64,000 nt of DNA, taken from NCBI RefSeq assembly GCF_964355755.1, contig NC_092679.1, forward strand, positions 16,847,432 to 16,911,431, given 5' to 3'. Below, in pieces: positions 26,101 to 38,100 of this stretch (the first letter of the stretch is position 1; each line of letters begins with the position of its first letter). This DNA is from Antedon mediterranea (lineage: Eukaryota; Animalia; Echinodermata). Both the position numbers and the translations under genes were made by a program. The notes beneath the pieces were generated by a model, which was given only the letters and a program-made list of their open reading frames with translations, had not been told where the DNA came from and made no database searches.

Positions 26101-29100
26101 ATAATCCGGTGAATATTGTAGTGAGTAAAATATTGTACTCTAAAATACGCGCGTGTTTGTTGTGGCGTTTTCCGTTAAATACATTAATGCACCCTATCAG
26201 CGAATGGTACGTTCCATATTTTGAACACGTTGTTTAGTTTTCCTCGCTCGAGTTCGACCGGCTCGACGCGAGATGTGTGACAGCAGCGATGTCGGAGATT
26301 GACATGTCCTTTTCCGTCGTAGAATATCTGGTTTTACACATTAATTTAACAACTTAAAATTGATGTAATGTGCGGAAGATTTATTATGCAAGTATACAAT
26401 GCAAATGCGTTAGGTTAAAATGTACCGAGGAAATTTATTAAGCTAATTTACCAACGTTACATTTGACTCTGTATACGGCGGCCGAAAGTCATTAACTGCG
26501 ACCGAAATACTTTAACGGAGCGACTACTGATCGCGAGTAAGCCGTGACTTGGCCTAAACTTTAGCTCCGTATTTCAATTTAATAACGTAATAATACGAAA
26601 AGAAAACAATTTTTATAATGTTATATATACTATTCAGGTAAACAATTAATTGTTTTAATTAACATTGATTATTTTAAATGAGTTTATTTTGACCCATACT
26701 GTGCGTTTGCCTTAAAAGAGCATATTTTACTTAGCAGCCCGGCTTAGATTTGGTGTCATAATCATATGGGCCTAAAATCTTGTTTTACGTATTCAAAAGT
26801 TATATATAATAGTATTTATGATTGAAATTATAAATATAAAGTATATTAAAATATTCTAATAATTATACTTACCGAAAATTAGTGTAAAAGAAAGGAAACA
26901 GTACACACCGTTTTTAACATACTTTTTCATTTTTTCTTTTTATAATTTTAAATTTCACCATTAAAACAATTTTTTTTTTTCATATACACATCTAAAATAT
27001 ATTTATTAATGAAATATACACTACATTCTAACAAGTACAAAAAAAAATTCAATGAATTAGTACAGTAGTTCAAAAGTTACAGATCATTGAAAAATAGCAG
27101 TTTTTTCATTTTTTTAGGGAATTCCAGCAAAAATGGGCGTTAAATGCTTTCCTACCACTTTGCGGACCAATAATTTAAAAAATAGGTTTCGTTGAGGCTC
27201 CAAAAAAAATAGAGTTGTACAGTCTATATCGTGCCTAGCTTACCTGGATAAACCAACATAAGCCTCTCTCTCCGACGAGAGGTAAACATTACGAAAAGAA
27301 GAACATTAATAACATTAATTTTTCCCCACCCCCGTCGGATAATGGATCAGTCCGCCACCAGTACGCCCTCAAGTGAGACACACCCACTTATCATCGTCAT
27401 CATTTCTTTTCGTAACGTCGTTGTGTACGTACGTCTTTTCTGAACACATTCCTGGAATTCCTGAGGAATTTGCGATAAAGACTTTATACTGTAGACTGGA
27501 AGAGAAGAATAGAGCAAGAAAACGAAGCTAAGTGTAGTAGATCGTTATCTTGTGGTTGGATACGTTTAGAATCGTTACCCTTGGCTAGTTGCCAGGAGTT
27601 AAAATTTAGCGTTGTAAGCCGTTATCCAGTGTGTTTCACCTGGATAGAAATACTGGAAGATCTTTTGTTGTTCGTTAGGCTAGTGGGGAAAAGTAGGTCT
27701 GTTAGATCACCATGCCTAAGCAGGAGTGTGTTAAATGTAGGGGTCCCCGCTCTACCGTGAAGTGGGACCGCCACTTGGAGTGCATAAATTGCCGCACGTG
27801 TACCGAGTTGTCGCCGTGCGATGTTTGTGTCCGCTGGACACCGTCCAAGTTCAAATCGCTCACTAGGCCTAAAGAACGCACGGAAGCTGTACCACCTCCG
27901 GAGGTGGGTACCGCTGATACGGCAGGCCCTCCTGTCGTTGCGCCGGAAGTTAGCCTTCCAGATATGCCTGCACCGGCTGCGGCCTCTGCGGTTCCGGGGG
28001 TGAATGAGATTTCTCCGGGGTTACTGCAAGCCATTGTTGCAGCTGTGAGAGCTCTGCCGAGGGATGAGCCTGAGGTACCCTCTCAGATTAGACCTCCTCC
28101 CCAGATTCCATACATTGATGTTGGCCCACAGCAGACCTCGTTTTTCGATGGTTCGTCCGTCCGGCAAAGGGACTACGATAGTGACAGGACGATGGCCTCG
28201 CTCTCTGACGATGATAGAGATAGCTTACGAGAGCAGGCCGGGCCAGGGGAGGAAGGTCTGCAGGCGCTAGTTATGCGGACGGTCCCCGCGGTGCTGTCCT
28301 TTCTCGGCGTCGATTTCACGTATCGCGAGCCTAAACATACTCCTTCGTCTAAGCGGTTTTCCACTTTTGGCGTACGCACGCCCTTTAAGAAGGTATCTTC
28401 GTGCCCGGTTACGCCTCTCGATCCAGAACTTGTGGAACGTGTGGAGCTGATCGCTAAGGAGTCCAAGATTCGTAGGCCTATGCCTTATAGCCTGTCATCG
28501 GCTTTTCCGGTGCCGCAGAAACAATTCGAACTGTACATCGCGGCGCCGAGCGTCCCGGAGGCAGCGAAGGAACGGGTCCGTGAGGACCAGAACCTGGACC
28601 CGTCCAGGACTAATTTTTTGAAGCCTTCGGAATCCCGCACAGAGGACGTCCTTACGTCCGTCGACAGGGCCGCACGCGAGACGCTTAGAGCCGCCTCTAT
28701 GGCCGGGTACTTGCTATCCTTTCTGGCTGATCCAGAACATCCGCCCCAGGGCGATTCGGACGTGATAGCTCTACTACAGCAGATCATGGGCCTGGTTGTT
28801 GATCAACAGGCAACGATCTCATTATCTGCGGCCGCGGCCCGTCGCGTTAACGTCTTGGGTGCAACTGACATCGCACCGACCGATTTCCGTAGGTTTACTA
28901 CGTCTGACTCCTTCGGGGCGCAGGACTTGTTCTTTGGCTCCTTCTCACAGAAGGAAGATAAATGGGCCCGTGAGAGGGAAGCTCGTCGGGAGACAAGAGC
29001 GCGCTTCCCGCAAAAACGCCGAGCTAGCAATTCACGCTCAAGGACAGCCGCACGACCGCCGCCTGCCCCTGCTGCTCCTCAGCAGATGCAGCCTCCCCCG

Positions 29101-32100
29101 CCGCCACCGGCTCAGCCTATGCAAAGTCAGGCTTCTACATCAAGACAGGCTTCACACCCCCCTCGCGGAATGCGAAATAGGGGTGGCAAAGGCGCCACCA
29201 ACAGGAGTGGTCGCCGGTATTATAATGTGAAGCGCCGGTGACGGCTTGGGGGCGCCCGTCCCTCCAAGCGAGGGCGGGCAGGTGGGGGGTCGCTTGAAAC
29301 GGTTTTCACGGGTTTGGGAGACCCTGACCACAGACAGATGGGTTCTCTCCACCGTGACACACGGGTATCGTATCGAATTCTCGAGCCCTCCGGTGAGCGG
29401 AGGTGCCCGGCACACGAGGATTCCGTCAGAGCCGGAAAAGAGTCAAGCGCTCATGACGGGCCTCGAAGCACTGCTCCAGAAAGGAGCTGTGGTGCATGTT
29501 CAAAAAGAACAACTTACGATCCCGGGACACGAATCCACCGTTTTCCTCGCCCAGAAAAAATCGGGCGATTGGCGACCCATCCTAAACCTCAAAAGTCTGA
29601 ACAAGCGGTACATTCGGCCCCGCAGGTTCAGGATGGAGACTGTCTCATCTATCCTGTTGGGGCTAAGACGAGGGGACTGGGCAGCCACAATAGACTTGAA
29701 AGACGCGTACTTTCACGTGCCTATTGCGCAAGAACACCAGAGTTGGCTGCGCTTCCGCATTCACGATCAGGTATACCAATTCGTAGCTCTGCCGTTCGGC
29801 CTCTCAACGGCCCCACGAGTGTTTACTCGTCTAGTGAGAACCCTGGCGGCGTTCTTTCATCAACACGGCATCAGAGTGTTCATGTACTTAGACGATTGGT
29901 TGATCGTGGCCCAGTCCAGGGACCAGCTGCTGAGCAGCTTATCTTTTGTCCGCCTCGTGACGGAACAAGCAGGGTTCATAATAAACGAGGAGAAGTCATG
30001 TCTTCTCCCTTCTCAGAACCCTCTGTATCTCGGAGCCCAAATAAATTTGGTTACGGGCCGTGCGTGCCCATCCATCGAGCGTGTGGCCAAGGCAAGAACT
30101 GCAGTGCTACATCTTATCAATGCTCAGGCTCCGACGGCGTACGACTGGCTACGCACCTTGGGGTCACTGGCCAGCTTCGTCGCCCTCGTTCCGTTCTGCC
30201 GGTTAAGGATGCGGCCTCTACATCTGCACCTTCTGGCAGCATACCGCCCAAGATCAGACTCTCTACACAAGGTGGTTCCAACGAATGCGTTCATTATCTC
30301 GCATCTCGAATGGTGGCTCGTGGAAGACAGGTTACTTGTGGGCACACCTATACAAAGGTCAATTCCGGAGGTCCGTGTGGAAACGGACGCATCCGAAGTA
30401 GGCTGGGGCGGTCACATACCGTCTCCGGACATTCGCGTCTCCGGCCTCTGGTCGCCCGAGGAGACGCGCGCCCACATCAACCTGCTCGAACTTTGGGCAG
30501 TCGAGCGCTCATTGGAGGCTCTTCTTCCCCATCTGGCAAATCGCCATGTTCTCGTCAATTCCGACAACACAACCGTCGTGGCATACATAAACAGGCAAGG
30601 GGGTACACGGTCCCCCACGCTATGTTGCCACACGTGGACGTTGCTAATGTGGTGTATAAGACACAACATCCAACTGTCAGCGGCCCACATTGCGGGTCGT
30701 CTGAACATAGTGGCGGACGCACTGTCCCGTCCACTTCTACGTCCTACGGAATGGCGTCTTCTTCCAATAATCGCCACCCAGATCTTCAACCACTTTGGGC
30801 GGCCCCATGTAGATCTGTTTGCGACGTCAGGCAACACGCAGCTCCCGACGTTCTGCAGTCGATATCGGGATGCACATGCGTGGGCGGTGGATGCCCTGTC
30901 CATACCATGGGACAACCTTTGGGCATATGCCTTTCCACCGATTTCAATACTGCCACTGGTCCTGACGCACATTCAGCGCCATCAATGCCGAGTCCTACTA
31001 ATAGCGCCGTATTGGCCCAGGCAGCCGTGGTTTCCACTGCTTCTAGGCCTTCTGTACGATCAGCCGTTACGTCTTCCGATTCGGAACGACTTGCTGACGC
31101 AGGGCCGAGCTCGGTTTGCTCTACCGAACCTCATATCCCTCGACCTGACTGTATGGCCATTGTCAGGGATCGTTTCAGAGACTCAGGCATTCCAGATGGT
31201 CCGGCCGCCCTCGCGGCGAAATCCCGACGGGAATCCACTCTTGCTGTCTACAATAGCCGATTAAAACACTTTTTCGAATGGTGCAAGCGCCAGAAGACCG
31301 ACCCTATGAAAGTGACTTTGGGCCAGGTCTGCGCTTTCCTACATTACCTGTTTGAGTCAGGTCTGCAGGTTCGCACCGTATCCGGCTATCGGTCTGCCTT
31401 GGCTGCAGTAATTCCGAATTTTAAAGACGGCTCGACCATCTCTTCATCCCCTGCAATTTCCAGTTTGCTTCGCGGGATGTTTCGAGAACGGCCTCCTACT
31501 AAGGCCCTGATTCCACGTTGGGACGTCAATGTCGTCCTAGCCGCTCTTATGCGTCCACCCTTTGAGCCCCTGAGTAGGGCATCACTTTACAACCTGACTC
31601 TCAAAACTGCCTTTTTGATTGCACTAGCCTCGTGCAAGCGCAGAGGTGAACTGCATGCTCTTTCTCTGGAGCCAGGGCACATCAGGTTTGAACGGGGTGG
31701 CGCGCGGTTGGTTTTTAGAAAAGATTTCCTTGCAAAATCTCAGACATTGAACTTCTCGCCGCCGACTGTGTTTATTCCCACCATTGCTGCATATTCAGGG
31801 GTTGAGGAAGACAGACTTTGGTGCCCGGTGCGGGCACTAAAGTTTTACATCAAACGCACAGAGTCCATTCGGGTCTCAGCGTCACATCTGTTCGTATCGA
31901 CAGTTGCACCCTTCCGACCGGCTGCTCGGTCGACGCTGGCAAACTGGGTCGTGGCAGCCATCCGGGCTGGTTACGACTCCACAGATACGCCTCCTCCGGC
32001 ACATATGCACCAAGTGCGTGGCATAGCCGCTTCATGGGCGCTGTTTGCTGGGGTGCCCCTTCCAGACATCCTGCAAGCGGCATGGTGGCGATCACAGTCC

Positions 32101-35100
32101 ACCTTCACATCCCACTACCTGTCGGATACCTCCGCAAACCAGTCTACGGTGGCGGCTTTAATCTTGAAGCCCAGACACTAGGTATGTATGACAATGTTTA
32201 CCTTGCCTCCCGCCTCCGACTAGACTCTAGTCCGGTGCTACACTGGCTTATGTTGGTTTATCCAGGTAAGCTAGGCACGATATAGACTACACAAACCAAC
32301 AGTGGTGTTGGTAGTCTATGAGTGCCGCTTACCTGGATAAACGCCCTCCCTACCGTCCCCTCAGGCAGGTGGTCTTGAGAAATGATGACGATGATAAGTG
32401 GGTGTGTCTCACTTGAGGGCGTACTGGTGGCGGACTGATCCATTATCCGACGGGGGTGGGGAAAAATTAATGTTATTAATGTTCTTCTTTTCGTAATGTT
32501 TACCTCTCGTCGGAGAGAGAGGCTTATGTTGGTTTATCCAGGTAAGCGGCACTCATAGACTACCAACACCACTGTTGGTTTGTGTAACTCTGTGATATCT
32601 ATAGGTTTAACAAAATTCAAAACTTTTAACTAATTATTGTAAAAGTTATAACCTTTTAAAAATGCTTCCAATTTCAACTGCAAAAAACACCATTTTTAGG
32701 CAAAAAATCGTATATTTTTTTACCACTTTAAATAACCATAACTTTAGAACGGGTAATCGGATTTCAATCATTTAAATCGCAAAATGCTAATTACATTAAG
32801 TTCTTTATGGTTAACTGAAAGAAAATGTAAAAAAATTAATCTGAATTTTTTCATTGGGATACCTACTTGTAATAAGACTTTGTTTATGTAGAACATCTTG
32901 TGATGTTTGTGTTGTTTACAGGATTCCCACCTTTAAGAAAGATAGTGAATGAATTTATCCTTGTAAATTCACCTAAATATAAAAAAAAACTTTTTATTAA
33001 AAATGGAAGTGGCAATTCATTGAATAGAACAATCTTTCAACGTATAAAAATATCCTTCCCATTCATAAACTATGACATTGCTAGAAAAGAAATAGACTAT
33101 AAGAATTACAAAACGAATTACTCTTTAGTGTTCTCAATTTAGTTTCTGTTTTTGTATCAAAAGATCAGCCCCTTTTTTTGTGTTTTTTTTATGGGCATTT
33201 TATCACAATAATATTATTTTCACTTGGCAAGGGCATAATTTGAGATAAAATCCTGAAAAAGTCAAAAATACAAATTGATATAAATCGCCTTCATACAATC
33301 AAATGTGCAATCTTATCATGAAAGCTATTTTTACCGTTGAACAGTGAAATTTCACTTGTGTAAAACAGAAAGTACTCGTCGGTACTTCTAATATTTTGGC
33401 AACTTATTCAATGTAGTCGTGACACCCCTTTGATAACCTGTACGTTTAGATATGCACTTAAATCTGAACTATAAATCATTTTAGTATCCTGTTTTTCTTT
33501 CTTTTTCTATTCAATGATAAGTTGGTATTCTTATTATGTACCTTTACTTGGCATTAATGTCATTTTTAATACCCTAAAAAATTCAGATGTACTGTAAGCT
33601 CACCCTGAGTTTTGATTAATTAATTTTACGCACACACAGGAGCACACGGTTTCATAGACAGTATGAAATTGGTATTAAACGTGGTTCCCACTAGTACGTC
33701 AAGCAACGTAAGAAAATGCCCTTCAAATAATTGTGTTTTCCCCTGCGTCAGAAAATCAAAACCTGATTGTTGTACTTCAACATTGCCGTAGACTTTAACC
33801 TGGTTTACTCCACATACTTTTGAGTACGTGTTGTACTACTGTATTTTTCCACTGTTCGTTTGCGTTGCTGCATGAAATCAAACTGATTTGATTTCTTGTA
33901 GCGATGTTTTGCAGCACTGTTGCGTCATTCGTTCCCACTTGTGATTGCGCAAATATAGCACTCTGCGTCGATACGTCACTGCATTGTGTTCTAGTGGGAA
34001 TCACACTTTAGACTTACACATTGTTTTCAAGAACACAATTTTGTACAATTGCTAAAAATATTATCTGTTGATATAAGTTTGCGGTACACCACGTATGTCG
34101 ACGTTTCGATCAATATGCTTTGATCGTCCTCAGGAGTGTGAATGCAGAAAGTCATGTACCGCAAACTTTTGATTTTGATTTTTGCCATGCAAATTACTAA
34201 ATAAATGCGTGAATCTCACAAAAATAAATGCATATTTAGTTCAATTATGAGATTAAAAACAAGCAGAACTTCCTTTTGTATAGAAACTGCTATCTTGCTT
34301 ATGTTTACATTTCATTTTATAGTTGTCAGTTTCTCCCTTTATTTAAATTAATTATTTATTTTGCACGGATTGGTAAACTACTTTTAATTCCTGAGCTCAC
34401 GTTCATTCTGTTTAATTAAGATACTAATCACTTAGTAGGAAAGATGCGATATTGATTAATATTTGGTTTGATGTTTTATTCATCTTTTTCATCATTTTTC
34501 ATATTAATTTATGACATGTTTTGTACGGAATCTAAATTAAAGTTAAATTACGATTTTCTTGCTACCAGATTCCGGCTTCAGTCTGAATGTTTAGACTTAG
34601 ACTCGCGCTTATTTGATCAGATTTATAAAACAAATAAATTAATACAATTAATAGAATCCAGTAATAGGTTGTTGACAGATTTGTTTATATTATGTTAATT
34701 AGGCAAGATAAAAGAATACCTAACCAGTTACCCGAGGGCGTATTAGATAATGTTCTTTCGTCGTTTGAATTACTTGGAAGTGAAAACGTTGAAGAAACCG
34801 AAAATGGTGACCTAGAAGATGGCGGTACAGCAGATGACGAGGCTGATGATAGTATGAACAAGAATATGGCAACTATTATTAAAAGGAAAAAGGTAATTTA
34901 ATTTTTTATAATAATTGTTACATAATATACATACTACAAGAGAAAATGTCTGTATGTATCGTTTTTTTAAAATAATAATATTTTTTGTTTGTATAGTGCC
35001 ATTCCAACGATCATTGATCATGGCGTAGACTTGCCCAAGTCTGTAGTTATTGTTTTTTTTATGTTAGTCCACCAGTCGGCTTTTTGATGTTTGTCTGAAA

Positions 35101-38100
35101 ACTACAAGTTTACAACAAGCTCAAGTAGTATACGTATGGAACACCATTTGTGCCAAAATATTTATCTTTTTACTAATATTAAGTCAAAACTCCGTCTAGA
35201 ACCTAGATTAAGCTCTAGGCCTAGCTGTGAATAGGTTGGTGCTGTATCTTAGGTTAATGCCTAACATTGCAGTGCAATATAAAAAGTAGGGCTAACATCT
35301 TAAATACTGCATCCGTTCACAATTTATAATTTCTAAAAAAAAGAACAATCAATATTTACTCACAAAAACATTGTGATTATAATGTGTAGCATTATTAACT
35401 GCTTTTGGTCATTTCAATCTACTTCCTTTGACAGCAAAAATTAGAAACTTGATTGTTCCTTAGATAAGTTTGAGGAGGCAGCCAAACATTTAACAGGGAC
35501 CTTAAGCGAAACGAGATGGCCCTGACAAGTGCCGATCTTACACTTTTCTTATCAGGAACGAGTGGAAATGACGCGCATTTGTTTTATAATTAGAAACTAT
35601 TAGTAAAGTATCTAATTTCAAACTTTAGTTTTTCATTTGATTTTTTCTGGACTTGTTGTACTTGTACCTTTAAAAACAGTGGGTGATGATTGTTTATTTT
35701 ATAAGTGACCATACAATGAGTGTTTAGAGAAATGTTACTGGAGAAACAATATAAGGTAAGTCATAGGGTAATATATAAGTAACTATTTTCAGTTTATGTC
35801 ATCTATATTACGGTGATTTAATTAAATATGTTAGCAATTAGTTGCTAATTGTCAAAACACGACAGCGATGATTACGGCTGCAACATTATGGGAGGCTGTT
35901 TCCAGATGTGTTTGATCCAAAACATTACTAGGGTAATAATGTGAAGCGCTTAGATGCTTTGTGCATTAAGCTCTATAAAAGGAACGACGTATTATTAATT
36001 ATTATTATTATTAAATCATGTTAAATTTATTTTGTTCAAAAAATCAGCATGTAAATCTAAATTATTATTTGGATGCATGTTTTTTTTTTTAAATATAACT
36101 ACAGTAGAAATATTTAATATTAATTCATTATTATAAAATACAGAATTGGTAATTATTATTTTACCTTAATATGCTCAATGTTTCGTTATAAATGTTAATA
36201 CTAAATATTAAATAATGCAGTAAAATGCTATAAAATAAATATTTAATTTTGTCATATTAAATCAATGTTAAATAGTGAGATTTTTTTATTGTTGTCCAAT
36301 CTATATTGGGTTAAAAATAATCATGATGAAACGCTACATTAAACATTTAATCCTGTCTGTAGGCTAATGAAAGTTGATGTGGCCCTTCTGTACACCCCTG
36401 ATAGGCACACGTTTCACCCCTGTAACAGGAACTAACTCTAATTCAATTTTCATTATTTTGATAAGAGCTGGCTAAAGTACCTCTGTTTTGTCTTAAAAAG
36501 TTGACTGCGCTGTACTCTTAGTAATAATAACAACTTGTTTTTATTTTAATTATTTGGCACTTTTTGTATATTAATTTTTTAAAAGAAATATATATCTTTA
36601 CACTTGACTCCTACTGGAATACTGGAAAAAAATATTTTTTTCTCCCTGACATCAGTACTTTTGTGCCAATCATTTTCATTTTTCAGAAAATAGAACTGAA
36701 AAATTGGTTTTTGTTTTTGTTTTTTTAAAGACAAAGAGAGAGACGTTCTAATCTAAATCATGATCATGAGAAAAAACAATTGAAATATCTGCCAAAGTGA
36801 AAAAAAAAATTGCTTAATTTTCTTGATATATGCACTGATTATTAAACTACTATGGCTCAAAAACACTTTTAAAATTTAAATCTCAAAAGAGATCCATAAA
36901 TATTTATTGACTTAAAGGTAAATGTCACTTGAGTGTGATTGTTATGGCCACAGTGCTATCATGGTATTTTAAAATCAGATTTTAAATAATTTTCCCTCTT
37001 TTTCTTTGCAGCCTATTCTTGGGAACGAAAGCATGGTGGAAGATGTTGTCACAGATCCAGACACGGAAGAGGCACTGGCAGAGTTTGACTTCCTTGTGGC
37101 AGAGGGCGGCGAGGGAGCTGGAGAAGCACGCACCACTGGCGACGGTACTGAATGGCTAGGTAGTAAATTAGCAAACAAACTAACACAGTGGTCGTTGTGT
37201 AAGAGCTACAGTGGCGTCCTCATTGACAATCGTGTAATTGTATGACCAATTGACGTAATGTCTGTGTTGGGTGTTCAATCTTCTGCTTGCCCTCCCTCCT
37301 TTATTCCTTCATTTTCTATTGTCCTAGCATCTTGACATGTTATCTGTATATCAATATTTCCTACAGTCCGTAGAAAAGTATTTGATAAAAGATTGTTTAA
37401 CTTTGATTAACAAAAAACAGTATTTAGAAACTAATAGGTTTTGATCTCTAATCTAACTATATTAGAGGACTAGTAGATGATTTATTTAAAGGTAGTCCCA
37501 TAGCATCTATGTATGAACTGTGGCAGGTCAAAATGCTTTGATGTCTCCATGCACTTAAATTAAATGAAATTTCCATCCTACAATACATGCATATTTGACA
37601 ATTAGACAAGATTTTCTTGTGAAGGGGAATACACCAACTGTATGCCACTGTATCTACAGCACATATAATAGTCAATAGGAAACACAAACTCTACTCCAAT
37701 CAATTTGCACTATGCTTTAAGCTCTGTCTACACTATCAAAAAAGTGTGATATGTTCAAGTATGGTAGTGGCATGCCCAAATATGGTAGTGATATTGATAA
37801 ATATGGTATTAATATGACATCATCATCATTAAATGGGCACATCATATTTTGTTGTTCCATAAAGTTTGATAGTGTAAACAGAGCTTTAGTTTATAATCCC
37901 ATATAGTAGAACACCTGTTAATGGAACACTTTAGGGACCCAACAAATTGTCTCCGTAATAATAGGGTGTTCCCTGAATAGGGGTGTCCCAAAGAAGGGGA
38001 GTCTACTGTATTAACAGCCACGTTTAAAACTTTCATGATCGATAGAAATGGCTAGCTCATATGAATTTAAAAATAGAATATTTCCATTTGCATGACAAAT

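Larger units (their letters stand above)
27221..32585 (+). mobile_element. DIRS1-like tyrosine-recombinase retrotransposon, full length
   Basis: 170-bp inverted terminal repeats (27238-27407 / 32378-32547), distinct terminal extensions, internal complementary region about 32245-32342 matching both termini, gag + RT/RNaseH/MT + YR ORFs, no TSD, sharp rise in GC content. Confidence 0.96.
25485..32864. mobile_element. Non-autonomous DNA transposon (about 2.0 kb) interrupted by the DIRS element
   Basis: TIR AGGTATCCCAATGAAA (25485-25500) / TTTCATTGGGATACCT (32849-32864), flanked by direct repeat ACTTGTAAT (25476-25484, 32865-32873). An equivalent reading gives TAGG termini with a 7-bp TSD CTTGTAA. 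No transposase ORF. Confidence 0.8.

Noticed and set aside
27702-32443. Antisense and minor ORFs inside the DIRS element (e.g. 30412-30972, 28796-29230)
   Set aside because: Expected in GC-rich coding DNA and no motifs seen. 28796-29230 shares the RT frame but is closed by TGA at 29228 and looks non-coding.
27221-32585. Horizontal transfer suggested by the high GC of the DIRS element
   Set aside because: Overlapping coding and family-typical composition can explain it; not testable without a database search.
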